A stretch of 64,000 bases of DNA from positions 1 through 64,000 of the IMG/VR virus record IMGVR_UViG_3300044835_000075. One strand, written 5' to 3'. The position numbers and the translations under genes were made by a program. The notes beneath the pieces were generated by a model. It had not been told where the DNA came from and searched no databases. It saw only the letters and a program-made list of their open reading frames with translations. Shown piece after piece: positions 36,087 to 45,001 of the stretch. Every line of letters starts with the position of its first letter. Position 1 is the stretch's first letter. The stretch comes from a virus.

Positions 36087-36116
36087 TTGACAAGCCGGGC
36101 CGAGAGTGGTTAGCTA
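36087..36116 (+). promoter_or_regulatory. Promoter/operator repeat, class B
   Basis: TTGACA AGCCG-N9-TGGTT AGCTA. Confidence 0.8.
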
Positions 36117-36121
36117 TCTAC

Positions 36122-36538
36122 ATGCGCAACAACGTCCAGCTCAAGCGCCAGCCCACCGGCTGCCCCGTGTGCGGTCACACCGAGCACCACCGCACCAAGA
36201 CCGGCAAATGGGCCTCCTACAACCCCGGCATCGACGTCCTCACCGGAGTCGTCGCCACCTACACGAAATGCCCCGCATCCGGGCTGAACGACGCTGGCGT
36301 CGACGAACTCTTCCGCACCTTCGAGTCCTGGGACAACCCCGGCTCCGCCACCGGCGAGACCTACCACGAACAGCTGATCGTCAAGGACAACGCCGACTCG
36401 ATCGTCCTGGCCACTGAGCTGCGACTCGGCCGGAACCTGCCCACGACGACCCTTGAGGTCCGCATCGCCCCGAAAGACGTCCCCCGGCTGCTCGCCGAGC
36501 TGACCGCCATCGCCCAAGAACGAGGCCTGATCGCATGA
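36122..36538 (+). CDS. Hypothetical protein, paralog A (leaderless)
   Basis: TGCPVC..CPASG..VDELFRTF. Confidence 0.7.
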   Translation: MRNNVQLKRQPTGCPVCGHTEHHRTKTGKWASYNPGIDVLTGVVATYTKCPASGLNDAGVDELFRTFESWDNPGSATGETYHEQLIVKDNADSIVLATELRLGRNLPTTTLEVRIAPKDVPRLLAELTAIAQERGLIA

Positions 36539-36960
36539 CAACGAAGCCGCTCACGCGCCACTTCACCGGCTGCCCGGTCTGCGCGCTCCACATCCCGCTC
36601 ACCAAATCCAGCCGGTGGCCGAAGCACTTCCTCGGACACGGCACCGACGTCCACGTCCGGCAGAAATGGGGCAACGTCTGCCCCGCGTCCGGCAAGACCG
36701 ACACCGAAGTCGACGACCTGCTGCGCACCTTCGACAGCTGCGACGACCTGAGCACCGGCATCAAGGGCGAGAGCTACCAGCGCACCGTGACAATCCACGA
36801 CACCGGCGACGAACTCACCCTCGTGTCGTCGATGTTCATCGGAAGCATCGACGTCGGCGGTCAACTCGTATCCCGCGTGGCCGTGCGCATCGACGCGCAA
36901 GACACCTACCGCCTGATCTCGGAACTGACCCGCGTTGCGGAAAAGAGGGGCCTGCTATGA
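36535..36960 (+). CDS. Hypothetical protein, paralog B
   Basis: TGCPVC..CPASG..VDDLLRTF. Confidence 0.7.
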   Translation: MTTKPLTRHFTGCPVCALHIPLTKSSRWPKHFLGHGTDVHVRQKWGNVCPASGKTDTEVDDLLRTFDSCDDLSTGIKGESYQRTVTIHDTGDELTLVSSMFIGSIDVGGQLVSRVAVRIDAQDTYRLISELTRVAEKRGLL

Positions 36961-37526
36961 CCCGCCAGACCACCCGCCCACTGCGCGAGTACAGCATGAA
37001 CGTGCTCGCCGGAGTCCCCTACGAGATCGTCAACTCGATGCGCGAGTTCCTCATCCTCGACCCGCCCTACCAGCGCGGCACCGTGTGGACCGAAGACCAG
37101 CGCATCGCCCTGGTCAAGTCGTGGCTGATGGGCACGCCGATCCAGGCCGTCATCATGAACGACCGGCGGCGGCAGGCGTGGACCGGCGAGGCGCCGGGAC
37201 TCGACCACATCGCCGTCATCGACGGCAAGCAGCGGATCGAGACCGCCATCGCCTGGTTCGACGGCCAGCTCGCCGTACCGGCATCCTGGTTCGACGCCGA
37301 ATGGTATGAGTCCACCGTGGACACCGACGACGGCCCATACCTGACGTACGACAACCTCACCCCGGCGGGCAAGCGGTTCTGCAAGTTCCAGTGGAAGCTG
37401 CCCCGCATCGAAACCGAGCTGGGCACGGAAGCCGACGAGGCCGAGCTGTACCTGCTCGTCAACGGCGGCGGCACCGCACAGACAGCGGCCGACATGGCGA
37501 ACGCGGCAAGGGTGGCAGGACGATGA
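36957..37526 (+). CDS. Stand-alone DUF262 (ParB/Srx-fold) protein
   Basis: PPYQRGTVW..LVKS..G.PI..VIDGKQR..LVNGGG. Confidence 0.8.
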   Translation: MTRQTTRPLREYSMNVLAGVPYEIVNSMREFLILDPPYQRGTVWTEDQRIALVKSWLMGTPIQAVIMNDRRRQAWTGEAPGLDHIAVIDGKQRIETAIAWFDGQLAVPASWFDAEWYESTVDTDDGPYLTYDNLTPAGKRFCKFQWKLPRIETELGTEADEAELYLLVNGGGTAQTAADMANAARVAGR

Positions 37527-37951
37527 CCGAACCGATGCGCCTTGTCGAGATCTGCTCCGCCGACGGCGACGCACTGGACTACCCGAGCATCCACCTGCTT
37601 CGCCTGCCCGCCGTGCCGCGCGTCGGCGACGACGTCGTCGTCAAGGGCGCGACGCGACGGGTAACCCGCGTTCTGCTGGGCAATTCGGGCATCGGGGTCG
37701 GGATACAGGCCTGGACAGAGTCGTTACCGGCTCGGCAGGCGTGCCCGAACTGCGGTTCGCAGGACCTGACGTGGTCGGCGTTCGTGAAGTCCACGGCGCC
37801 GGTCGCGGTCAACCGGCTCAACACCGGTGACGTGTCCGCCCAGTTCGCGCTGGGCTGCGAGGAGTGCTCGGAGACCGTCAAGATCGTGTCCGCCCAGGCG
37901 GTCGCGGCGGTGCTCAACGAGCAGGGGATCGACGTCTCGGAGGTGGAGTAG
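37523..37951 (+). CDS. Hypothetical Zn-ribbon protein
   Basis: CPNCGS..CEECSET. Confidence 0.6.
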   Translation: MTEPMRLVEICSADGDALDYPSIHLLRLPAVPRVGDDVVVKGATRRVTRVLLGNSGIGVGIQAWTESLPARQACPNCGSQDLTWSAFVKSTAPVAVNRLNTGDVSAQFALGCEECSETVKIVSAQAVAAVLNEQGIDVSEVE

Positions 37952-38548
37952 ATGGCCGACTCGCATGACCTGTTCACCGTTAACGGCACCCGGTTCGCTT
38001 TCCCGAAACTGCCTGAGCCGCTGGAGGACTACGGACCGGCCGCCTACAAGATGCGCGACAGGCGGGACAGATTGCTCGCCGAGGCGCGTACGACACGATT
38101 CGTGAAACCCCGCGAGGTGCGGCCGCTGCCCTGCCCGAAGCCGGGCATCGGCGACTTCGCCCCGAAGCCGGGAGCGCCGGGCGCCGCGATCGAGCTGGAC
38201 GACGGCACGGTCGGGGAGGTCTGGGCGCTGGCTCCGAAAGGGCGCCGGTGGGTGGTGCGTGGCGGCGAGTACGTCGAGATCACCCCGAGCGGCCGGGTGC
38301 TGATGACGCACACCGGCGAGGGGCAGCGGCAGGCGATCGTCGCGGAGTTGCAGCGGCGCTACATCAACGCCGTGATGCGGCAGGTCATGCCGGTCACCCC
38401 GCCGATGCCATGGCGGACCGATGAGATGGCCGCATGGTTGGCGGCCACCGAACCGGCGCGCCGCTGGGCGTGTGCGTACTTGGCGAACAAGCTGTACCCG
38501 GCGGTGTATCCGCACCCCGGTGACTTCGAGCTCAAGGAAGCCTCATGA
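37952..38548 (+). CDS. Hypothetical protein
   Basis: Operon coupling. Confidence 0.6.
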   Translation: MADSHDLFTVNGTRFAFPKLPEPLEDYGPAAYKMRDRRDRLLAEARTTRFVKPREVRPLPCPKPGIGDFAPKPGAPGAAIELDDGTVGEVWALAPKGRRWVVRGGEYVEITPSGRVLMTHTGEGQRQAIVAELQRRYINAVMRQVMPVTPPMPWRTDEMAAWLAATEPARRWACAYLANKLYPAVYPHPGDFELKEAS

Positions 38549-38808
38549 TCAGCGAACGGACGTTGCTGTTGACGTTGCAGACGATGCCGACAGTGTTTCC
38601 CGAGGCGCCTGCCGGTGACGTCCGCGACCACGTCGAGCACCGCGCGAAGGACCAGGTGCATCTGTGCGTGCGGTGCGGCCGCCGGTCGCAGTGCGCGCAG
38701 GTGGCCGGGACGGCGGCGGGGCCGCGCTGGCTCGACCTGTGCGCCAGCTGCAAGAACGACTTCCTGGCCTACCTGGCCACCCAGGAGCAGCCGAGCGTGT
38801 GGGAATGA
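38545..38808 (+). CDS. Zn-finger hypothetical protein
   Basis: CVRCG..DLCASC. Confidence 0.6.
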   Translation: MISERTLLLTLQTMPTVFPEAPAGDVRDHVEHRAKDQVHLCVRCGRRSQCAQVAGTAAGPRWLDLCASCKNDFLAYLATQEQPSVWE

Positions 38809-38966
38809 GCGGCGACGCGGTGGAGTTCGTCGATGACGACGGCATGGCCGGGTGGTTCCAGATCTTGACCGGCGCCGCCCGGCAGGGTGCCGACAGTGTC
38901 CGGGGGCCGGACGGGGTGCGCGGTCCGGCTGGTGACCAGCGGCCGGACGGGGTGCGCGGAGACTAG

Positions 38967-38996
38967 TTGACAAGCCGCTGCCAGCGTGGTTGACTA
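38967..38996 (+). promoter_or_regulatory. Promoter/operator repeat, class B
   Basis: TTGACA AGCCG-N9-TGGTT GACTA. Confidence 0.8.
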
Positions 38997-39033
38997 ATGG
39001 TGTTCCGCCCGAAGAGCACCGAGAGGACACCAC

Positions 39034-40443
39034 ATGCGCCGCACCGCTGAGCAGCAGGCCGTCGTCGACGCCCGCATCGCCAACCACGCCAACCTGATCG
39101 TCGAGGCCGGAGCAGGAAGCGGCAAGACCACCACTCTCAAAGAGGCCGCGAACGCCAGCCCCAACGCCAAAGGCCTCTACATCGCGTTCAACAAGTCCAC
39201 CCAGGTCGAGGCCGCCGCGTCGTTCCCGAAGACCGTCCAGTGCCGCACCGGCCACTCGCTGGCCTACGCCACCCACGGCCGCCTCTACCGCGAGAAAATG
39301 GACTTCGCGCCGCAGAGCTACGAGACCACGGCGAACATCCTGCGCCTGCGGCCGCTCGACCTGGGCCGCGACGAGGATATCCAGCCGGACATGCTGGCCC
39401 GCCTCGCGCAGACCACCGTCCAGCGCTACGCCCGCTCCGCCGACCCCGTCATCGGCCGCGAACACGCCGCCTACCACCCGGCCCTGCGCACCGACGACGA
39501 GAAGGACGAGATCGTCCGCATCGCCAACCTGATGTGGGCCGACCTCACCGCCGTCGGCAAGGGCAAGCTCCGCTTCGCCCACGACTACTACCGCAAGCTC
39601 TGGGCGCTCACCGAGCCGAAGCTGCGCGTCGACTACGTCATGCTCGACGAGGCGCAGGACACCGCGCCGGTCCTCGCGCACGTAGTGCGCAGCCAGATCC
39701 ACGCGCAGCAGATCGCCGTCGGCGACTCCGCCCAGCAGATCTATCGGTGGGCCGGTGCCGTCGACGCCCTGAAGAACTGGGGTGATGACGCGGAGCGGCT
39801 GTTCCTCACCAAGTCGTGGCGCTTCGGCCCGGCCGTCGCCGACGAGGCGAACAAGTGGCTGGCGCAGCTGGACACCGAGATGCGGATCACCGGCAACGAG
39901 GCGCTCCCCACGGTGCTGGGCGACGTCGACGAGCCGGACGCGATCCTGTGCCGGACGAACATGGGCGCGTTCTCCGACGTGCTCTCGCAGCTGGCGCAAG
40001 GCCGCCGGGTCGCGCTCAAAGGCGGCGGCAAGGCGATGATGATGCTCGCCAAAGGCGCGCAAGACCTCATCGACGGCCGCCGGACCACGATCACCGAGCT
40101 GTCGACATTCCGCTCGTGGGGCGAGGTTCAGGCCTACGCGGAGGGCGACGGCGCGGAGGCCTCGATCAAGCAGATCGTGCGGCTGGTCAACGACTTCGGC
40201 GCGGCGGCGATTGGCGAGACGATGCGCCGCCTGGTCGACGAGCGCGACGCGGACGTCGTCGTCTCGACAGCCCACAAGGCGAAGGGCGGCGAGTGGGCGA
40301 AAGTCCGTGTCGGCAACGACTTCCCGACCCCCGATGAGGGGCAGGCCATCCCGACCGAGGACGCGAACCTGGCGTACGTGTCGGTGACGCGGGCGATGCT
40401 GGAGCTGGAGCGGGGGCCGCTGAGCTACATCGACGAGTACTGA
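39034..40443 (+). CDS. UvrD-like SF1 helicase
   Basis: AGAGSGKTT, LDEAQD, VGDSAQQIY, LTKSWRF, STAHKAKGGEW, YVSVTRA. Confidence 0.92.
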   Translation: MRRTAEQQAVVDARIANHANLIVEAGAGSGKTTTLKEAANASPNAKGLYIAFNKSTQVEAAASFPKTVQCRTGHSLAYATHGRLYREKMDFAPQSYETTANILRLRPLDLGRDEDIQPDMLARLAQTTVQRYARSADPVIGREHAAYHPALRTDDEKDEIVRIANLMWADLTAVGKGKLRFAHDYYRKLWALTEPKLRVDYVMLDEAQDTAPVLAHVVRSQIHAQQIAVGDSAQQIYRWAGAVDALKNWGDDAERLFLTKSWRFGPAVADEANKWLAQLDTEMRITGNEALPTVLGDVDEPDAILCRTNMGAFSDVLSQLAQGRRVALKGGGKAMMMLAKGAQDLIDGRRTTITELSTFRSWGEVQAYAEGDGAEASIKQIVRLVNDFGAAAIGETMRRLVDERDADVVVSTAHKAKGGEWAKVRVGNDFPTPDEGQAIPTEDANLAYVSVTRAMLELERGPLSYIDEY

Positions 40444-40486
40444 GAGGACAGTCGCCCCCGCCGGATGCACCGGCGGGGGCTCACTC

Positions 40487-40870
40487 GTGGAAAGGGTTGC
40501 TGTGGAACGAAATGAGACGTTCGACATCCTGGCCGGGCAGGTCGGGCGGGACGTGAAACTGACGGATGCGCTGGGTGCGACGATGCGCGGCGTGCTGCTG
40601 TACGTGTCGGCGCCAGGCTGGGATGGCCGGGTTGGTGCCTCGATCGAGGGTCCGCAGGTGGAGGTGATGTTCGGCGCGTCGGTGGCGGGTTCGGCTGGCC
40701 GCCGGTCGGGGCCGGTGGCTGACGCGGTGTCGGCCAGCGATTGGCGGATGACGCTGAGCACCGACGGCGGCGAGTTCGAGGATGTGGAGGGGTTGCAGGG
40801 GTCGTCGAACCACGGGCGGACGTGGTTCTCCGTGGCGGTCCCTCCGCAGATAGTTGACAAGCCGCTCTGA
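40487..40870 (+). CDS. Hypothetical protein
   Basis: Open frame between hairpin and next promoter; start uncertain. Confidence 0.45.
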   Translation: MERVAVERNETFDILAGQVGRDVKLTDALGATMRGVLLYVSAPGWDGRVGASIEGPQVEVMFGASVAGSAGRRSGPVADAVSASDWRMTLSTDGGEFEDVEGLQGSSNHGRTWFSVAVPPQIVDKPL

Positions 40871-40883
40871 GCGTGGTTGACTA
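40854..40883 (+). promoter_or_regulatory. Promoter/operator repeat, class B
   Basis: TTGACA AGCCG-N9-TGGTT GACTA. Confidence 0.8.
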
Positions 40884-40919
40884 ACGGTGTTTCGCACGAG
40901 AGACACCGAGGAGAACCCC

Positions 40920-41267
40920 ATGGCCACCATCACCTGCGCCCACTGCAAGGCCACCCACACCGCCGTCGAAGCCGTCCGCCGCTGTCACGCCGACGAGACC
41001 TTCACCTGCGGCTGGCAGTACCAGGCCCGTGACCGCTACGGCGTCCTGCGCGACGAAGACGGCCAGGAAATCATCCTCGAATGCGACGCCCTCGCCTGGG
41101 ACAACGGCCGCGCGATCGTCTGCGAAAACGGCCACGAACACGTCAACGCCGAAGCCCGCCACCGCGAAGGCTGGGACTACGCCGACGAAGAAGAAGGACC
41201 CGGACTCATGCGGGCCGGAGTTTTCCCCATCGCCATGGACGGCACCGGCCTCGCCTGCACCGTCTGA
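40920..41267 (+). CDS. Cys/His-rich hypothetical protein
   Basis: CAHCKATH..VRRC; promoter copy and SD. Confidence 0.7.
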   Translation: MATITCAHCKATHTAVEAVRRCHADETFTCGWQYQARDRYGVLRDEDGQEIILECDALAWDNGRAIVCENGHEHVNAEARHREGWDYADEEEGPGLMRAGVFPIAMDGTGLACTV

Positions 41268-41334
41268 GACCCGCCAGCACCCGGCCGCCGGACACCCGGC
41301 GGCCGGTTTCGTACCCACCGAAAGGATCCGCCCC

Positions 41335-41610
41335 GTGGAACTCAAGTCGATCACGTTCACCAAGGACGAGCAGGACGGCGACGTCGTGCCCGAATCCGCC
41401 GTCTTCGAGCTGACCATCCAGGAGATCGCCTACCTCGCGACCCTGCTCGGCCAGCAGACCGGCATCACCGCCAGTGCCGTCATGCCCGGCGGCGACGGCG
41501 TCAACTCCAGCATCTGGAACTCGCTCAACGGCGATGTCATCAACCGCTACTACGACGACGGCATCGACGACTGGAAGCTCGCCAAGTTCCTCACGCGCGC
41601 CGATAGTTGA
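41335..41610 (+). CDS. Hypothetical protein
   Basis: SD AAGGA. Confidence 0.6.
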   Translation: MELKSITFTKDEQDGDVVPESAVFELTIQEIAYLATLLGQQTGITASAVMPGGDGVNSSIWNSLNGDVINRYYDDGIDDWKLAKFLTRADS

Positions 41611-41636
41611 CAAGCCGCTCCCGGCATGGTTAGCTA
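41607..41636 (+). promoter_or_regulatory. Promoter/operator repeat, class B
   Basis: TTGACA AGCCG-N9-TGGTT AGCTA. Confidence 0.8.
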
Positions 41637-41669
41637 TCCATGTACCGCGCACAACACGAGGAGCCCGCC

Positions 41670-41981
41670 ATGACGACCGTCCGCCACGCCCCCAACGCCA
41701 AGGCCAACGCCGAATTGCGCACCGCCAACAAGGTCGCCGAAGCCATCGCCGCGTTCTACTCGACCATCGGCTACGACGTCGCCTGCTCGGACCTCTTCGC
41801 CGCCGACCACACCCACGAGCAGCTGGCGCCCGGCGGCGCGTCGGTCGCCTGGGAAGGCGGAGTCGAGGACTGGGTCTTCAACTGGCCGCGCACCAACGCG
41901 GGCAAGAGCTGGGGCGCCAAACTCGGCGTCTGGTTCGAGCCGGTCAACGCCTGCACTCTCGCGATCTACCCGGTCAACTGA
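41670..41981 (+). CDS. Hypothetical protein
   Basis: Promoter copy and SD GAGGAG. Confidence 0.7.
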   Translation: MTTVRHAPNAKANAELRTANKVAEAIAAFYSTIGYDVACSDLFAADHTHEQLAPGGASVAWEGGVEDWVFNWPRTNAGKSWGAKLGVWFEPVNACTLAIYPVN

Positions 41982-41990
41982 CCGAAACGT

Positions 41991-42022
41991 GAAGCCCCCG
42001 CCGGACACCGGCGGGGGCTTTG
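41991..42022. terminator. Bidirectional terminator
   Basis: AAGCCCCCGCCGG-aca-CCGGCGGGGGCTTT. Confidence 0.8.
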
Positions 42023-42026
42023 TCGT

Positions 42027-43526
42027 CTACGCAATCAGCCGGACCTCGGTTCCGGACTTGATCCCCAAGTTGGGCATCAACTCGACACCTGCCCACACGC
42101 TGGCGTCGAGCCGGTCGGGGCTCGTCTGCCCGGACCCCGGCACCCAGGCCTGCCATTGGTCTTCGAGGTGCTTGAGCGACCCGACGACGTGCGCCCGGTG
42201 CTGCTGCCACACGCCGCCGACCGGCTCGGCGCGGGTCCGCTTCCCAACGCTGGCGTGCACGTTCTTCAAGTGCGGGACCTTGTGCCCCTCGGCGCGCGCG
42301 ACCATCTGAGCCATCGTAAAAACGAGGTCTCCGCCCTGGTTTACCTCGGCGGTGATGCAGTCCGCCCCCCAGTCCTCGGCGGCGACCAGCGCGCGGCGCG
42401 CCCACGTCTCCGGCGTCGCCCGCAGCGAGCAGTCCTCAAGCCAGTAGATGTGTGCCGAGTTCGCCAGCGACTTCGGCGCGGTGTGCGGCGGCTCCCAGTC
42501 GATCGGCGCAGGCCCGATCCCGGCGACCATGATGCCGCACTCGTCTGAGTCCTCGGTCGAGGTGACGGCCGGGTCGACGGCGACGACGACACGCCAGAAA
42601 TCCGGCACCTGGGGCGCCAGCAGGCGCGTGTGCTCGATGATGTCGAGCGTGATCAGCGCGCCCGGGACCGCGCGCAGCAGCTCCCCGTCGAGTTCCTGGC
42701 GCCCGAGGGCGGTGCCTTCGAACTCCTCCTCGATCTCCTGCAACCACTCGGCCGAGAGGTTGGCCGCGTTGTCGCGGGTCCGGCCGCGCGTGAGGTGGGT
42801 GTTCGCGGCAAGGCCGCCGAGGATCGAGCCCCCGGCGAGCAGGAAGGCGTCGAGCAGCTTGACGAGAACCTTGTTGCCGCGCGTCGGCGTAGTGGTGATG
42901 ACGATGCGGGGGTCGCCGATTCGGGTGGCGAACTTGATGCCCTCGTTCCACACCTTGGGGTCGCGCCACGAGCCGACCTCGTCGCACCACACGCCGCGCA
43001 GGTTCCAGCCTCGGATGCGGTCGGGCGCGTCGGCGGAGCCGAGCACGATGCGCGACCCGTTCTTCAGGGTGATGACGTACTCGGACCGGTTGTAGTCGCG
43101 GATCTCGGAGTCCGGGCCGGTCTCGCCGCCGAGCGCGACGAGCAGGCCTGACGGGCCCTCGACGCAGATCTTCTTCGCGTCGCCGAGTGTGGGGGCGACG
43201 ACCGCGTAGTCGCCGACTTCGGTCAGCGCCCATTCGGCGACGACGTTGGCGCCGGTGAACGTCTTGCCCCATCCTCGACCGGCCATGATCAGCCAGTGCC
43301 GCCAGCGGCCGCACGGCGGGATCTGCTCGGGGCGGGCGGTCTTGCGCCAGGGCCGGGGGATGGGCGGCACGAGTTCGTGCAGCGCCATCTTCTGGATGCC
43401 TGCCCAGATCTCGTCTTCGAGGTCGTAGAGCAGGGGGTCGGCAAGGTCGACGTAGCCGGACAGCGTGACGGGGTCCATGCGGGGCGCATCGGCCCATAGC
43501 TGGGCGAGTTCGCTATCGGTGAGCAT
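42027..43526 (-). CDS. terL: Terminase large subunit
   Basis: AGRGWGKT Walker A, WCDE Walker B, ITTTP, VAVDPA, AEVNQGG, SPDRLDA nuclease motifs; start ATG 43526. Confidence 0.93.
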   Translation of the reverse strand: MLTDSELAQLWADAPRMDPVTLSGYVDLADPLLYDLEDEIWAGIQKMALHELVPPIPRPWRKTARPEQIPPCGRWRHWLIMAGRGWGKTFTGANVVAEWALTEVGDYAVVAPTLGDAKKICVEGPSGLLVALGGETGPDSEIRDYNRSEYVITLKNGSRIVLGSADAPDRIRGWNLRGVWCDEVGSWRDPKVWNEGIKFATRIGDPRIVITTTPTRGNKVLVKLLDAFLLAGGSILGGLAANTHLTRGRTRDNAANLSAEWLQEIEEEFEGTALGRQELDGELLRAVPGALITLDIIEHTRLLAPQVPDFWRVVVAVDPAVTSTEDSDECGIMVAGIGPAPIDWEPPHTAPKSLANSAHIYWLEDCSLRATPETWARRALVAAEDWGADCITAEVNQGGDLVFTMAQMVARAEGHKVPHLKNVHASVGKRTRAEPVGGVWQQHRAHVVGSLKHLEDQWQAWVPGSGQTSPDRLDASVWAGVELMPNLGIKSGTEVRLIA

Positions 43527-44191
43527 CAGGTGCCGCCGATGATGCGGGAGCGCTCCGTGTCGCTCAGGGCCGGGCCGACGCGTTCCATGCTGGCGACCAT
43601 CTCGCCGCCGCCGGTGCGGGCGGCGACGATCGCGCGGGACGCGGCGCGGCGGGTGGCCTCGTCGTCCCACGGGATGCCGAGCTGCTGGCAGAGCATCTTG
43701 AGGGAGGCGACGACGGTGTGGCCGTAGCCGCGCATGACGTCGACGTGCTTGGCTTCGATACCGATGCGCAGGCCGTCTTTGATGAGGCGGGCGGCGCGGT
43801 CGCGTTCGCGCTCTTCCATCGCGGCGAGGCCGCGTGTCTCCTCGGAGACCTCGTAGATCTCGCCGAACTTGTCGGAGTCGTACTTGTGGCCGACCAGGGA
43901 GCCGAGTCCTTCGTTCTCGTAGGCCTGGGCGAGCTTCTCCCCGAGGAACTCGGCGCGGGCCATGGACACGGCGACGAGCCGGGCGTAGGCCTCGGCGAAC
44001 TGGATGGGCCGGATGCCTTCGGATCCGAGGTGAGGCAGGCTGGCGGCGAGAGCTTTGACAGTGCGCTTCTCGACGTCGTCGGCGGCACCGGGCGGCGGGA
44101 GGGTGGGGTCGTCGTAGGCCGCGTACGCGGAGACGCCCGAGAGGCCTCGGGGCCACTCGTCCGGGTCGTGTTCGTCGTCGTTCTCGGCCAT
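43526..44191 (-). CDS. Putative terminase small subunit
   Basis: Helical protein TGATG-coupled directly upstream of terL. Confidence 0.55.
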   Translation of the reverse strand: MAENDDEHDPDEWPRGLSGVSAYAAYDDPTLPPPGAADDVEKRTVKALAASLPHLGSEGIRPIQFAEAYARLVAVSMARAEFLGEKLAQAYENEGLGSLVGHKYDSDKFGEIYEVSEETRGLAAMEERERDRAARLIKDGLRIGIEAKHVDVMRGYGHTVVASLKMLCQQLGIPWDDEATRRAASRAIVAARTGGGEMVASMERVGPALSDTERSRIIGGT

Positions 44192-44261
44192 GGCGCCAGC
44201 ATAAGCGGGGTGCGCATACAGGCACGCCCGCCGCGCTGGTCGGCGTGGCGGGCGTGAGCGG

Positions 44262-44813
44262 CTAGTAGGTGACGTCGTATTCGACGCGGGTGCCGCCGTC
44301 GAGGCAGCGGGCGGCGACGATCTTGCCGTCCTGGTCGCCGCACTCGGAGACCGTGACCCGGTCGCCTCTGGTCACGATGGGGACGATGGCGCCGACGGCG
44401 GCGGCGACGTCGTCGGCGTTGAACGTCTCGCCGGGCTCGGCGTGCACGGTGATGGTGGCCTGTTCGGCGGCGGGCCGGGCCCTGCGGGTGTTGGGGATGC
44501 GGCGGGTGACGGCGAGGTGGGTCGTGCCGAAGAATTCACCGTACTCGGGGTGGGGGGCAGTGGTGCATTCGACGTGGTAGCCGCCGGTTTCGAGGATCTC
44601 CTGGGCGCGCTGGGCGAGGCGTTCGCGGTGGGCGGGGGCGTCGATGGAGACAATCACGCTGACGAGGGTGGTCCTGCGGCCGCCGCCGCTGATGTAGATG
44701 CCTTCGGGCATCGCTCGGCGGTGCCGGTGGGTGGTCATGAGACCGTTTTCCTTGAGCAGGCGGGAGACGCCGGAGGCGGTGATGGGGATGGGGGCGTTCG
44801 GGGTTTCGGTCAC
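44262..44813 (-). CDS. Hypothetical protein
   Basis: Promoter copy and SD GGAGG. Confidence 0.65.
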   Translation of the reverse strand: MTETPNAPIPITASGVSRLLKENGLMTTHRHRRAMPEGIYISGGGRRTTLVSVIVSIDAPAHRERLAQRAQEILETGGYHVECTTAPHPEYGEFFGTTHLAVTRRIPNTRRARPAAEQATITVHAEPGETFNADDVAAAVGAIVPIVTRGDRVTVSECGDQDGKIVAARCLDGGTRVEYDVTY

Positions 44814-44845
44814 GGTGTCCTCCGGGTTGCTGGGCGGAACAACGT

Positions 44846-44875
44846 AAGTAAACCACTCTGGGCGCGGCTAGTCAA
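44846..44875 (-). promoter_or_regulatory. Promoter/operator repeat, class B, embedded in perfect hairpin
   Basis: TTGACT AGCCG-N9-TGGTT TACTT. Confidence 0.8.
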
Positions 44876-44893
44876 CTAGCCGCGCCCAGAGCC

Positions 44894-45001
44894 CTACTCC
44901 TCCAGCGCGTCGGCGAGGCGCTGCGCCTCCTCGGCCTCCGAGGCCTGCTTGTCCGTCGCGGCCTTCGCCGCCTCGCGGATCTCCTTCTCCGTGAACGTCA
45001 C
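44894..45001 (-). CDS. 35-aa helical microprotein
   Basis: GTGA coupling; SD GGAGG. Confidence 0.5.
   Translation of the reverse strand: MTFTEKEIREAAKAATDKQASEAEEAQRLADALEE

Noticed and set aside
43527-44225. N-terminal extension of TerL given by the ORF track (732 aa)
   Set aside because: Arg/Pro-rich off-frame read of the upstream gene; the coupled ATG at 43526 is the plausible start. The same applies to the extended starts at 6717, 7739, 36615 and 63172.
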